Source of the DNA: a virus
Taxonomy: Duplodnaviria > Caudoviricetes
Reading direction: 5' to 3' (one strand)
IMG/VR virus record: IMGVR_UViG_3300037851_000542
Location: 1-64,000 of that record
Length of the DNA: 64,000 nucleotides
The notes under the pieces were generated by a model, which did no database searches, was not told the DNA's origin, and saw nothing but the letters and a program-made list of their open reading frames with translations. The translations under genes were made by a program, and so were the position numbers. This document shows, piece after piece, positions 8,831-20,189 of the stretch. Positions within the stretch are counted from its first letter, which is position 1, and each line of letters opens with the position of its first letter.

Positions 8831-9129
8831 AATATCCCTTTTAATTATATAACCTAATTAGATATGTATCGTCACTAATTAAAAATAACTTTAGTTAAAT
8901 AATTAGGAAGAGGACTAATCAAAGAGGATATGGGGAGATTTATAAGGATTGTCTCCTAGGTCAATTGGGGAATAGGGATTGCCGCCTAGGTTGATTCCAG
9001 TAATAAATACTGCCGCCTAGATAATGTCCCATAGTCATATAAGGTAATAACCCAGAATATAAAGTTCAGCCCCCAGTGATTGTTAAAAAATAACCGGATT
9101 CAATCCGGTTATAGGGGTGCTTTTAGGTA

Positions 9130-9540
9130 TTATCTAGTTATGGTTATGTTTACCAATTTAGGATCAATTCTGTGTAATTCTGTTAGGAATCTTAAAACTA
9201 CTCGGGAACAACGATCAATCTTTCCTGATCCGGTATTCCCTTCGATCATTCTCCAATTGTTACCTTGTGGTGTTCTACCGTTAGAATTAAGCATAAGGTT
9301 TAATAATTGAACTAGTACCATGTTTTGATTCAAAGCTATTGATACCATTGTTTCAATGGTTGATCTTGAATTATGGTATTTTCTATTATTGCTTAAAGAT
9401 TGGTGCTCATTATTTAAGTATCGGCAAGCTACCAAAGCATTTAATTGATCTACTGTCAACGATGATACTCTATAATCTTCATTAACTAAAGTGTATTTCC
9501 ATGTAGACTTACCATTATTGTAGTTTACTGAAGTTATCAT
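9130..9540 (-). CDS. hypothetical protein
   Basis: 136-aa ORF with AAGG upstream. Confidence 0.7.
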   Translation of the reverse strand: MITSVNYNNGKSTWKYTLVNEDYRVSSLTVDQLNALVACRYLNNEHQSLSNNRKYHNSRSTIETMVSIALNQNMVLVQLLNLMLNSNGRTPQGNNWRMIEGNTGSGKIDRCSRVVLRFLTELHRIDPKLVNITITR

Positions 9541-9959
9541 ACTTTACCTTTATATTAGTTAAACCGTTTCTTTCCTCTTATAGTAACTATCGACTATAAA
9601 CCGGAATTACTATAGCTTTAGATCAAGGTAATACGAATTATTCGTATATTTTATTTCTAATATTGTAACATACTGAAAACACATAAAATTATATTTCATA
9701 GGTAATTCTATTAGATTGATAAATAATTCTTTACAGCATTAAAGCTACCAGGATTGATTCTAATTAGTTTTATGGTCTATTGATACAATGGTATAGACTC
9801 AATACCGATCATTCAATGGTAACAATCCTCAATAGAATCAATAGGTTATGTTGGCATAGTTTTTTATTTTGTATGGATATTGCATAGCTTTATTTAAAGC
9901 TAATTTTAAATAAAAATATAAGAGAATTCCCTAGGGAATTCTCTTATATATCACATATA

Positions 9960-10163
9960 CTAGTTTTTCTTATGTTCTATTATCTCAGTTAATAATTTAT
10001 ATATTCCAGCTATAGCTGGGTTCTTGTTACCTTTAATAATAGACTTTAAACTATTATCTTTCATCTCGATTAGTGTATCAATTGATAATCCCATAAATAC
10101 ATGACAAGTAACATCATCATTCTGAACTAGGGAATCAAATATATTGCTCATAGTAATCACCAT
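9960..10163 (-). CDS. hypothetical cassette protein
   Basis: ORF between promoter 10283 and hairpin 9916. Confidence 0.7.
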   Translation of the reverse strand: MVITMSNIFDSLVQNDDVTCHVFMGLSIDTLIEMKDNSLKSIIKGNKNPAIAGIYKLLTEIIEHKKN

Positions 10164-11280
10164 TAGTTAATTAGATACTTTTATAAGTTCTTTTTTACAA
10201 GTTATTAGGATTAAAATACATATAAACAATTTAATAGCGATCATCTTATTCCTTTATTTGGTATCTTTCCTCTTATAGTAATTATCGGACTAATCAAGAA
10301 TACTCTTTAGGTTATTATTTAAAAATAGGTGATTCTCTTAGGTCACGCCATTATAAAAATAAGGTATAATCCTTTTACCTAAGTGTTTGAAAGTCTTACA
10401 TAATATAAACTTAATAGAATCAGCTATTTATAAGCTATTAATATACTTACATAAAATTAACCATATGAAATAATTCACTAAAATTAAGTATATGACATAC
10501 TTAAGGAAATCTAAGTAATTGATATAATTGAATAAATTTAACTATATAATATGTTTAAACAAAGTTAAGTATCTGATTTAATTAAGAAAAGTTAAGTACT
10601 CGATCTCAGGTAGAAACTATAACTTTCTTGTAGCTTTATATAAAGATAGCTTTAAATAAAGGCAAACGGTCAACCAAACCTAGCCTTTTTCAAGGCTAGG
10701 TTTTTATCATTATAAATTATTATATGTATTCTAGCTTTGTATTAGAAACTAAGAAATACCCCTAGGGGTATTTCTTAGTACCTCCTATTACAGTATAAAT
10801 AGATTCTTAGGAATCTTCTTATAGTGCCTACCATTCTTTTCTACAAATACTCTTATCTTATTCTCAGGAGCATTCTTTTTCATTATGAGTGTAGTTAATC
10901 CTAAACTCATGACAGCCCCGAATATTAATCCTACTAATACAGATAATACTTCTAACATTGTTCATTCTCCTGTGTTAATTCTTCTGTGGTTACTAATAGT
11001 CCTCTTGATTCTAATACTTTGTAATGGTCTTGGATGTCTTGTTCGGTGATCTCACCTAGTGATTCTGTATATAATCCTCCTAGTTCTTCTATTGAGGGTC
11101 TCATATTTTGGTACTCCTTTTTTTGCCTTATGTATATACTATCGGATCTAATCGTAGATTACTTTAGTTTTATTTTTCTCTCTAGGTAATTTTCTTAGGT
11201 GCCCCAAAATTAAATCAGCTTTATATAAAGCTAAGTATGTAAGCTAAGAGAATCCCCTAGGGGATTCTCTTAGTGTTATC

Positions 11281-11502
11281 TTATTCCCAATATAGCTTTC
11301 CTGATACAGCACCTTTTACTTTAGTTAAACCACAATCTTTCATAAATTGTTCTTTCTGTTTCCTTTCTATTGCTTTGATTGCTTTCTTTCTTAGTTCTTT
11401 ATACTCCTTTGGTTGGTCTAGTTCGGTTACTATGGTTCCAGTAGTATTGATTCGAATTGATCTTTCTTTGGTTTCTTTGTTTTGAAGTAGTGTATATTTC
11501 AT
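11281..11502 (-). CDS. hypothetical cassette protein
   Basis: promoter 11536, GGAG SD, terminator 11244. Confidence 0.8.
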   Translation of the reverse strand: MKYTLLQNKETKERSIRINTTGTIVTELDQPKEYKELRKKAIKAIERKQKEQFMKDCGLTKVKGAVSGKLYWE

Positions 11503-11590
11503 TTTAATTACTCCTATTTTTTGCCCATATAAGTATATCGGATGATATACTTATAAACTTTAGATTGAAATTACTACCTAGGAAATATTA

Positions 11591-11890
11591 CTAGTTTATC
11601 TCTTTGTTCTCTTGTCTTCCAAAGATAACAGTAGCACAATCAATAATCAAAGTAGGCTCTATATTGGTTACTACTGAAACGAATATAGCAGGCTCAAAAC
11701 ATCTCTTTTTAAGGGTATTAAGATGCTCTTGAGAATGTATAACCATATTACAGGTGATGTTATTGTTTACTTCGACTATTACACTTCCTAGTTCATCGTT
11801 TATGAATTTAGTTATCATTCCATATATAGGATAAGTTTTTCCTAGTTCTGGTTTTTCTACTTGCGGGTTTAGTTGTAATTGGTTGTTCAT
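11591..11890 (-). CDS. hypothetical cassette protein
   Basis: promoter 11931, AGGAG SD. Confidence 0.8.
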   Translation of the reverse strand: MNNQLQLNPQVEKPELGKTYPIYGMITKFINDELGSVIVEVNNNITCNMVIHSQEHLNTLKKRCFEPAIFVSVVTNIEPTLIIDCATVIFGRQENKEIN

Positions 11891-12107
11891 TGTAGCACTC
11901 CTAATATGGGTTTTTTCCTCTTAGTAATAGTATCGGATCTAATCAGATAAATCTTTATATTAAAATAGCTCTGTCTAGGTATTTTTCTTAGTTGCCCCGA
12001 AATAAAATCTGCTTTATGTAAAGCTAGGCAGTTGGCACGAAGATTGCATAGCTTTATATAAAGCTATCACATAATTAAGAGAATCCCCTAGAGGATTCTC
12101 TTACTCT

Positions 12108-12305
12108 TTAAAGTATTTGTAAACAGTATGTAGTTAGTGGTACTAGGTTTTTTTCTAAGTGTTCAGAGTAAAAATCAATCTTTAATTCTAGTTTAACTAA
12201 TAATTTTTCTTCCTGTTCTGTTAGTCTTCTGTGTAGCATTGCATTGCATAACTCAGTATGCTTATCTAGTGCTTTCTTTAGTTTTAGTTCCGTTTTAGTT
12301 AGCAT
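12108..12305 (-). CDS. hypothetical coiled-coil protein
   Basis: 65-aa ORF, AAGGA SD. Confidence 0.7.
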   Translation of the reverse strand: MLTKTELKLKKALDKHTELCNAMLHRRLTEQEEKLLVKLELKIDFYSEHLEKNLVPLTTYCLQIL

Positions 12306-12321
12306 CCTTTACCTTATGTTT

Positions 12322-12615
12322 TTATCCTATTATTACTACTCCGTTAACCTTATCACCTTTCTTTAATTGTTTAGCTTTACACTGCTCAACAAAATCTAAA
12401 GGAAAGTCAAACGGTACCGCTCCATAACTAGGTGACAAGTGCATAAAATACTTTGCATTACTGCCTTTACTATTTAATACTCCTTTTCCTGTAATTGGAT
12501 CAAATTGACCTATAGACTTGTCAGATTGGACCGTGATAGTCCTATCACCATCATTAAAAGGATATACACTAAATTCTTGTGGTTTTCTCATATTGCCTAG
12601 TTTTGCAGTGATCAT
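12322..12615 (-). CDS. hypothetical phage protein
   Basis: promoter 12649, GGAGG SD. Confidence 0.8.
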   Translation of the reverse strand: MITAKLGNMRKPQEFSVYPFNDGDRTITVQSDKSIGQFDPITGKGVLNSKGSNAKYFMHLSPSYGAVPFDFPLDFVEQCKAKQLKKGDKVNGVVIIG

Positions 12616-12783
12616 ATTACCTCCATTGTATCTTGCCTTATATAAGTATATCGGAGTACTTTTAATTTATCTTTAGGTTAAAGTAATATGTTTACGAGTT
12701 TTTCTTACTTGCCCCAGAATTAAATTAGCTTTATATAAAGCTATCGTACAAATAAGAGAATCCCCTAGAGGATTCTCTTATTT

Positions 12784-13014
12784 CTAATCAATTAGTGAAC
12801 CTAGACTCAACTCTAACTTTAGATTACGAAAATCCTCTAGTAGGTCATAACTAGCAGTGTAATAATGTCCTGTAAAAGATGCCTCTATTAGTCTACCGTT
12901 CACGATCTTATATATCGTCGTGTTCCTGCCAAAATCTTCAAAGACGATATTTACTTCGTGAACTTCGTTAAACATAACTCTATCCAGACCTAATTGATGT
13001 TCCGTGTATGTCAT
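12784..13014 (-). CDS. hypothetical cassette protein
   Basis: promoter 13058, AGGAG SD; shares TIYKIVNGRL-type motif with 15608. Confidence 0.8.
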   Translation of the reverse strand: MTYTEHQLGLDRVMFNEVHEVNIVFEDFGRNTTIYKIVNGRLIEASFTGHYYTASYDLLEDFRNLKLELSLGSLID

Positions 13015-13224
13015 GTCTTTACTCCTGTTGAAGGTTATTTTCTACTCTCATATACACTATCGACGCATAATTAAGAATCCTTTAGACCAATCTTAAGATG
13101 CTACGAAAAACTCGTAGGCTACCGAATCTTGCTTAGCTTTATATAAAGCTAATTTATATCACGTTAGCTTTATATAAAGCTAACCTCTGCTAATTTAATT
13201 TTGGCGCAATAATTGCATAGCTTT

Positions 13225-13515
13225 TTATTGGTATATACTAAGAATAATTAACCAAGGTATAACAGCTAGTGAAAAGTAAACAGTATTCAAACATATAAAT
13301 ATAACTTTGTAATGCTTACATAAAATAAATATGGATATGCCACATAATAAAGCAAACAATTTTCCTATAATTAAAGCGTTTATAACTCCATATTGAACCA
13401 TTAAATAGCTCAATAATGGATTACCCTCACCTTGTATAGAATGAGTACTAACACCAATATACGTTAGTACTCCATCTAGGATCTGTAATATTATAAAGGT
13501 TATTAGTAGGTTCAT
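13225..13515 (-). CDS. small membrane protein (DUF5658-like)
   Basis: ILQILDGVLTYIGV...GEGNPLL pattern, 3 hydrophobic segments. Confidence 0.65.
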   Translation of the reverse strand: MNLLITFIILQILDGVLTYIGVSTHSIQGEGNPLLSYLMVQYGVINALIIGKLFALLCGISIFILCKHYKVIFICLNTVYFSLAVIPWLIILSIYQ

Positions 13516-13520
13516 ATAGT

Positions 13521-13766
13521 TTAACAGGTTACTAATGCTACTGCTAGTTTATCATCATCTAGTAGTTTTATGTATATGCTGGAAAAATATGTTTCACTTA
13601 TTACGCCATCAAAAAAATCATCTTTGAGGTACATAGCGTCATCAATATCAAACCATCTACCTTTTAACTCAAATCCTTCTACTAAATCTTTTGATGGATC
13701 TTCCTCATTCGGTCTAAATTCTACATCAACAACCTTTACATAGTGGATAGTTTGTTCATTGCTCAT
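13521..13766 (-). CDS. hypothetical acidic protein
   Basis: promoter 13800. Confidence 0.75.
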   Translation of the reverse strand: MSNEQTIHYVKVVDVEFRPNEEDPSKDLVEGFELKGRWFDIDDAMYLKDDFFDGVISETYFSSIYIKLLDDDKLAVALVTC

Positions 13767-14200
13767 AAATGTTACCTATGTTTTTTTGCCTATAGTAGTT
13801 ATCGGAACGAATCAAAGAATACTTTACACTTAAATCTTATTTCTAGGTAATTTTCTTAGTTGCGCCGAAATGTCTTAGCTTTATATAAAGCTGGCACAAG
13901 ACTTGCTTAGCTTTATATAAAGCTAAGCCGTTGGCACGATTCTTGCATTATGCATAACCTGTGCCATAAGTGAATCTATTAGAGTCTGGTAGAATCTATC
14001 AAAGTCCTATAGCTTTATATAAAGTCTTGCGCACGCGCACGGACAACTTTATATAAAGGTAGCTTTATATAAAGGCAAACGTGTAACCAAACCTAGCTTT
14101 ATATTAATATAGCTTTATATTATTGCAAAAACCTTAACCAAACCTAGCTTTATATTAGAGTCTAAGAAATACCCCTAGGGGTATTTCTTAGTAGTTTACT

Positions 14201-15031
14201 TTAGTATACAAATCCTAAACTTTCAATATCTTTTCTGAATTCAGCCATTAGAGCAGGTAAACGATCAAGTAATAGTTTTGTTAATTCCTCTTTAGGTAAT
14301 GATAATTGTTCGTCGGTAGCATCCGGCCAAATTCCGGTATTTCTAGCCTTATCTAGTTCTCTTTCTTTTCCTTCACTGAAGGAAGTAGCTACTTTGATTA
14401 TTTCAAAATCATTTTTAACAAATTCATCCCAAATTAAAGGATTCTTAGAAGTATCACCATAAAAATCTAAAGCAAAAGGGCATTCATGCCATTTTGTTGT
14501 GTAACCTTCTGGCGATAACTTACTAGAAAAATTGCTAGGGTTATCTTTACCATAAGGAACTTCTACTAGCTTTATATTAGATAAGTATCCTCTATTTTCT
14601 TCAATCCATTTTATAAATGATTTGGAGTAGTTAGTAAATGGCACATTAAAGTTATTAAACTTAACAGCATATTCAAAGGATGATGGTTCACCTTTAGATC
14701 TTCCCCAACAATCCTTATCACCAGCCAAATAAACCGTATTATTAACATAATACATAGGCTGATCGGAACTACAGAGATGCCATTTGATTAAATGAGCATA
14801 TTCAGGAAAATGTTCTTGTATTTGATCGTGTATACATCCTCCTGAACCTTCACGCCATCTACCACGATCTAAGTATTCGGTTTCTCCTGTAATAGCAAAG
14901 GTATTGTGTTTATTATTGCATTCGTCATCATACCTAATTTTTACTCTGATTCTTTCTGTACCTTCATTGAATAGCTTCCAATCAGATTGAATAACTTGTT
15001 TCTTAGTTAATATGCTTTCTGGTAGTGACAT
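14201..15031 (-). CDS. conserved hypothetical phage protein (276 aa)
   Basis: long clean ORF, promoter 15075, terminator 14162. Confidence 0.85.
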   Translation of the reverse strand: MSLPESILTKKQVIQSDWKLFNEGTERIRVKIRYDDECNNKHNTFAITGETEYLDRGRWREGSGGCIHDQIQEHFPEYAHLIKWHLCSSDQPMYYVNNTVYLAGDKDCWGRSKGEPSSFEYAVKFNNFNVPFTNYSKSFIKWIEENRGYLSNIKLVEVPYGKDNPSNFSSKLSPEGYTTKWHECPFALDFYGDTSKNPLIWDEFVKNDFEIIKVATSFSEGKERELDKARNTGIWPDATDEQLSLPKEELTKLLLDRLPALMAEFRKDIESLGFVY

Positions 15032-15250
15032 CTTTTTATTCCTTATTAAAAGGTTTTTTTCCTCTTATATTAACTATCGGTATTATATTCAGAATGCTTT
15101 AGATTGATTTGTTCTTTCTAGGTATTTTTCCTACTTGCCCCGCATCAAACCTGCTTTATATAAAGCAGGTTTATGGTAACTGAGCTTTATATAAAGCTCA
15201 GTATATAAGCTAAAAGAATCCCCTAGGGGATTCTTTTAGTTTGTTAAAAT

Positions 15251-15535
15251 TTAATTTGCAGTAAAGGATCTACTTTCAGGAGTATTAATAACAATAGGAT
15301 CAAAGTCATGTAATTGTGTTTCTCCTGTTAATGATTGTATCTTACTTGCAAATAATCTGGATACTCTATGTTGATTAACCCATTCAGTACCTTTATTGTT
15401 TTCATTAGCTAATTGCCACAATCTTTCCGTAATAGCAGAAAAGGATCTTACTACACCACTAAGATTACAAGCATTCTGAACCTGTATTGCTTCATTTATT
15501 AGTTCACTTTCTGAATAATTAGTATATCGTGACAT
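15251..15535 (-). CDS. hypothetical cassette protein
   Basis: promoter 15574, GGAG SD, terminator 15210. Confidence 0.8.
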   Translation of the reverse strand: MSRYTNYSESELINEAIQVQNACNLSGVVRSFSAITERLWQLANENNKGTEWVNQHRVSRLFASKIQSLTGETQLHDFDPIVINTPESRSFTAN

Positions 15536-15607
15536 GTTATATTCTCCTATATAATTTTTCCTACTAAATAAACTATCGGCACAATTTAAAATAAACTTTA
15601 GGTTAAT

Positions 15608-15997
15608 TTATCGGTAAAGATTAGAATACTGTGAATCTTTTAATTTTGCTTTTAAGTCTTCTACTACATAACCAATATGACTAGTAAATTTTGCTGATAC
15701 TAGTCTATCATTTATTACCTCATAGATAAGAGTATGGGGAAACTTTTTACCAAAGGTAAGAAATACTCTTAAGTGTTTTTTGTTTGCCGTATAAAAATAA
15801 ATGTTATTATTGTGATCTGTATACTTCCATGTTTCATTGACTTTATGGTGTAAATTTATAATAGCGTTTAATGCTTTGATTCTAGATTGTGTTAATTTAC
15901 TTTCATTATTGGCTTCACTTTTTTTACAATCTTCTAAATGCTTTTCTAAGTCAGCCAATTTTTTAAATAGTCTTATTTCTTTAGTAGTAGTATTCAT
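15608..15997 (-). CDS. hypothetical cassette protein
   Basis: promoter 16032. Confidence 0.8.
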   Translation of the reverse strand: MNTTTKEIRLFKKLADLEKHLEDCKKSEANNESKLTQSRIKALNAIINLHHKVNETWKYTDHNNNIYFYTANKKHLRVFLTFGKKFPHTLIYEVINDRLVSAKFTSHIGYVVEDLKAKLKDSQYSNLYR

Positions 15998-16604
15998 ATG
16001 ATTACCTTCTATTTGTTTGCCTATAGTAGTCTATCGGTTCAATAAATAATAATCTTTAGTTTAAAATTAAAATCTAGGTAAATTTCTTAGTCCTTCTCGA
16101 ACAATGCCTAGCTTTATATAAAGCTAGGAAGCTGGCACGAATCTTGTTTGACTTTATCATAATAACATTGTATACTTATTTTGTTGGGGTGAATATACTC
16201 ACTTCGATCAGGACGGACGGGACTGTAGGACTTGCCCTTAGAAACCCCTATTTTCGGATAGCGGGAGTAGTCACATAAAGTGAGCTTTATATAAAGATGG
16301 CTTTATATAAGCGCCATATATAGCCATACCTTGCTTTATATAAAGTTGGCTTTACCTAATTGCAAAATAGACCACCAAACTTAGCTTTATATTAAAATCT
16401 ATTAGATACCCCTAGGGGTATCTAATAGATATGTTATTACTTTTTATCCTTTAACATACAAATTAAACCATTACCTACCCATATAGTTTTATAACCTAGT
16501 GATTTAGCTTTCATATAGTAACTAATATACCTGTTATTTATGATTATCTCATTCCTATTAGATGAATTTCTATATACTTTTTTCACTTTTATTACTCCTG
16601 TTTT

Positions 16605-17138
16605 TTACAATATACTTTCTCTAATGTCATAAAATACCATATCGGGTATAGGTCGATCTCTATTTGTTCTAGAACTAAATATGCTTAGTCCTAAATTACT
16701 ACATATTTCTATTCTATCCCGTTGATTTAAAACCTCGTACCAATATTTATTAATTTCGTTATATTCGGCTTCAGAAATGGCATCTTCATTATACAGTGGA
16801 TAATTCTCTAATGCGCCCAAAATTTCATATACTTTATTTAATACTACCTCACTTGTTTGCTTATGTACTAGTATGGTTTCTATCCAACCTACTGCCCAAT
16901 GATTAGCCTGTATTGATTGAATCATAGGTTCATTACTATCTAACATTGAAACTGTTTCTTCAGTTAGTTTTTCTAAATCCCTTAAGATGCATTCAAAGTT
17001 TACATTAGTATATAATTTGCTATCTCTATGCCTACCATATACCTCAATATAATCATAGAATGTAGGACCAAAGTAGGAATCTGGTAATTTCCAAAAGTTA
17101 TCTGATAGTGCTTCCAAGTTAGTGTTATGTCCTACCAT
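16605..17138 (-). CDS. conserved hypothetical phage protein
   Basis: HWAVGWIETILV motif; promoter 17180, GAGG SD. Confidence 0.8.
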   Translation of the reverse strand: MVGHNTNLEALSDNFWKLPDSYFGPTFYDYIEVYGRHRDSKLYTNVNFECILRDLEKLTEETVSMLDSNEPMIQSIQANHWAVGWIETILVHKQTSEVVLNKVYEILGALENYPLYNEDAISEAEYNEINKYWYEVLNQRDRIEICSNLGLSIFSSRTNRDRPIPDMVFYDIRESIL

Positions 17139-17380
17139 TTTTTATTACCTCTTATGTTTTGTTTTTCCCTATATATGTATATCGGATCTAATCGTAATAA
17201 TCTTTAGACTAGAATTATATTACTAGGTAATTTTCTTAGGTGCGCCAAAATAAAACTGGCTTTGTACAAAGCTTTGCAATCGGCGTGCCAGCTTCGTAGC
17301 TTTATATAAAGCTACGTTTATAAAAAAAGATGCCGGTGCAGAACCTCACCGGCTAGGTTTTTATAGAGTAGGAGTATTAA

Positions 17381-17629
17381 CTATGAGGTAGGATTTAAAT
17401 TATTTAATCTTCTTTCTAAGTTAGAACATTGAGGTTCAAATTGTTTAATTTCTTGTTCAAATATGTATCTTATTTTAGAAACATTTTTAGTCTCTTTATA
17501 AAACCTGTAAGGTGAAACATAATTTAGTTGAGGATGCTTGATATATAACCAACCTAAATCACCATTGTAATACTCTTTTACATCATTACAAAGGTTATCG
17601 AATAATTTGCTGTTTATTTTATCTGACAT
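17381..17629 (-). CDS. hypothetical cassette protein
   Basis: promoter 17664, GGAG SD. Confidence 0.75.
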   Translation of the reverse strand: MSDKINSKLFDNLCNDVKEYYNGDLGWLYIKHPQLNYVSPYRFYKETKNVSKIRYIFEQEIKQFEPQCSNLERRLNNLNPTS

Positions 17630-17693
17630 ATTTCTTACTCCTATGTTTTTCCCTATATATGTTTATCGGCGGTAATTGAATTAAACTTTAGAA

Positions 17694-18092
17694 CTAATTT
17701 ACTTTATTTGTAAGTTTTGCGATCTCCTTTAAATGATTAGCAGGTGAATACTCATTTTTAGGTTCAAACGTTTTACCCTTTCTCAGGTCTTGTATATAGT
17801 TTTTAGGTAATGTAATATCAAAGTAATGGTTTAATCTCCTATGATCTCCTTTACAATCTTCAATTGTAATAGGTCTCATATTATTATTAGGCTCAGGAAA
17901 GATACTATCAAACTCTAATTGTAAAGTTTTAAGTTCAGAGCAGGTACCGTTAAATGTTATGTTTATTACAGTTCTAGATTGACCACAAGTGTTAAAATCA
18001 GTAAACTTGTTTATAATATGTCCTTTACTTTTAAGGAAGTTTATAGCGTTGTTTCTTTCCTCTATAGTGGTTTCAAAGTTATCACGTATCAT
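17694..18092 (-). CDS. hypothetical cassette protein
   Basis: promoter 18132, AGGAG SD. Confidence 0.8.
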   Translation of the reverse strand: MIRDNFETTIEERNNAINFLKSKGHIINKFTDFNTCGQSRTVINITFNGTCSELKTLQLEFDSIFPEPNNNMRPITIEDCKGDHRRLNHYFDITLPKNYIQDLRKGKTFEPKNEYSPANHLKEIAKLTNKVN

Positions 18093-18444
18093 ATTAAACT
18101 CCTTAAGTTATTTTATTCCGCCTATGTATTCTATCGTCACTTGATTATATAAACTTTAGTTTAAAATAAAAGTCTAAGAGTTTTTCTTACTATGCTTTAT
18201 ATCAAGTAGCTTTATCTAAAGCTGAGGTTTTTAAAAGTACCGGATCTGTAAAATCAGATCCGCCTAGCTAGATTAACTCTCTTGTGATTCCTTTATAGCA
18301 TTTTTCTTTTGATTAGTCCTAGTCCTGTTCCTTTTTGTTCTCTTATCTTGCATAGAGGTATTACGGCAAGCCATAGTATTATTAGGGTCTATTCTATCTT
18401 TATAGTTGTTTTTCTTTTTTGTCATAATACTCCTATAGTATACA

Positions 18445-18768
18445 CTAACTTTTATCGGCGTTTGATACTCTTACCCCAAAATTAACGACATCTCTAAGAT
18501 TTTGGGCTGTTATTTTCCAAGATGGCTCATATCCGCATAAATCTAAACCGCTATCCTCTTCTGCTGCCTCTATAAGTGTAGAAAGGTAGTATCTTGCTAC
18601 AAATTGCCCACGTCCCATATCAAAAGAATGTCTTGTATCGTAAAATTCAATAACTGGTTCCTCTTTATCATGTGTCAGACAATCTTCTAAACCGTATGGA
18701 CTGCCCTTAACTAAAACTCTTACATTGAAGGTTATTCCTTGATTGTTAGTTACTTGAATCATATACAC
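18445..18768 (-). CDS. conserved hypothetical phage protein
   Basis: EPVIEFYDTRH...GQFVARYYLSTL motif; promoter 18796. Confidence 0.8.
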   Translation of the reverse strand: MYMIQVTNNQGITFNVRVLVKGSPYGLEDCLTHDKEEPVIEFYDTRHSFDMGRGQFVARYYLSTLIEAAEEDSGLDLCGYEPSWKITAQNLRDVVNFGVRVSNADKS

Positions 18769-19277
18769 CCTATAGTTGTTTGCCTATATAATAACTATCG
18801 GCTTGTTTATATATTATCTTTAGGTTAAAATTTATATATGCAAGTTTTTCTTAGTAGTCCCAGAAATAAACTAGCTTTATATAAAGCGTAGCGTTATATA
18901 AAGCTAGGCGAGCGGCTTTATATAAAGCTAAGCTTTATATAAGCGTCACACGTAGCCATACCTTGCTTTATGTAAAGTCAGCTTAAAATGATCGCAAAAT
19001 AGGCAGCCAAACCTTAGTTTAAGTTATAAATTAAAAAATAGCACTAGAGGGTAGTTTTAGCTTTATATAAAGCAAGATCGTATTTAAAAAAGGTGCCGGA
19101 GGCGAAAACCTCTCCGGCTAGGTTAGGAGGAACTATGATATGCTTAAAGAAAAAAGAGGATACAGGAAAATAAATCTAATGATTAAGGAGGTAATAAACT
19201 GAGATACTATGCTTATTTACTTTCCTCTACCCTCTATATAATATATCGTCACGTTTGTTAAATTACTTTAGTCTTTT

Positions 19278-19571
19278 TTAATAATTATTAATATTTATTT
19301 TTGCCTGCTCTAAACTTTCTATACCCTTTTCTAAGGTCTCAATTTCTCCTGTAAAGGTTTTATCTCCACTAATAGGGTTAGTCACGTACTTAGCTTGTCT
19401 AATAGCAAATACCCTTGTATTATCCTCAAAGCATTTCTTTTCTGAGGTAATAAAAGTACCATTACTAAACAGTTTACTTTCTACTTTTGAAGCGAAAAAC
19501 CTCATAGTATCAAGATCAAAGAAGTGATGTCCAATATCTTTATTAAGTTTTTTTATTTCCTGTATATTCAT
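19278..19571 (-). CDS. conserved hypothetical phage protein
   Basis: GHHFFDLDTMRFFASKV motif. Confidence 0.8.
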   Translation of the reverse strand: MNIQEIKKLNKDIGHHFFDLDTMRFFASKVESKLFSNGTFITSEKKCFEDNTRVFAIRQAKYVTNPISGDKTFTGEIETLEKGIESLEQAKININNY

Positions 19572-19573
19572 TT

Positions 19574-19774
19574 TTAATTATCCTCTTTTATTTCATAAAC
19601 TCCCCAAGTATCAATATCTTGGGTATCAATATATTCAAATAAGATATCGTCGGAACCGTCTTCAAGTTTATTATTGGCTAATTCTATAGCCTGTTCTACT
19701 GACTCGGCTTCCACTTCAAATATTTTAAGCCATCTTTCGTGTACATTAACATGATACTTTTTTTTAGTAGTCAT
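19574..19774 (-). CDS. DpnD/PcfM-like small protein
   Basis: YHVNVHE...FEVEAESVEQAIELA pattern; promoter 19810. Confidence 0.6.
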   Translation of the reverse strand: MTTKKKYHVNVHERWLKIFEVEAESVEQAIELANNKLEDGSDDILFEYIDTQDIDTWGVYEIKEDN

Positions 19775-19967
19775 TTTTTTAATCTCCTATAATTTACCTT
19801 CTAATATTATATCGGCGAGTTTATAGTTTATCTTTAGATTGATTTATTATTTCTAAGTAAATTTCTTATTTGCTCCAGAGCATATGTTAGCTTTATATAG
19901 AGTTAGCTTTATATAAAGCAGGTATATAGGACTAAGAGAATCCCGTAGGGGATTCTCTTAGTTTGGT

Positions 19968-20189
19968 TTAACCTACTAATTGATTTAACTGTGATTGGTC
20001 TACTAATGTTTTTGGATTGCTTCCAACCCAAGAATTTATATGCCTAGTTGTTGTCTTAGTGTAGTATGTATTGGTAACAAAGTATCCTTGATTAGGTATA
20101 TACACGGCTACAGGAGTACTATAACTATACAAAACAATCATACCTTTGATATGTACCTCAGTTTTATTTTTTGCTAAACTTTTAATCAT
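19968..20189 (-). CDS. small phage protein, paralog of 22177
   Basis: shared SLAKNKT...LYSYSTPVA...KTT.RHINSWV. Confidence 0.8.
   Translation of the reverse strand: MIKSLAKNKTEVHIKGMIVLYSYSTPVAVYIPNQGYFVTNTYYTKTTTRHINSWVGSNPKTLVDQSQLNQLVG

Noticed and set aside
9588-9621. Sigma28 promoter upstream of 9130..9540
   Set aside because: The spacer is 22 bp rather than the otherwise invariant 16 bp, so it was not counted.
11217-11232. Palindrome as a lambda-type att core (CAGCTTT arms) or a dif site
   Set aside because: The arms are separated by only 4 bp rather than a 6-8-bp overlap, there is no XerD-type TTATGTTAAAT arm, and no tyrosine recombinase is visible.
16186-16275. tRNA gene
   Set aside because: No cloverleaf, T-loop (GTTCRA) or acceptor stem; no tRNA or rRNA was recognised anywhere in the window.
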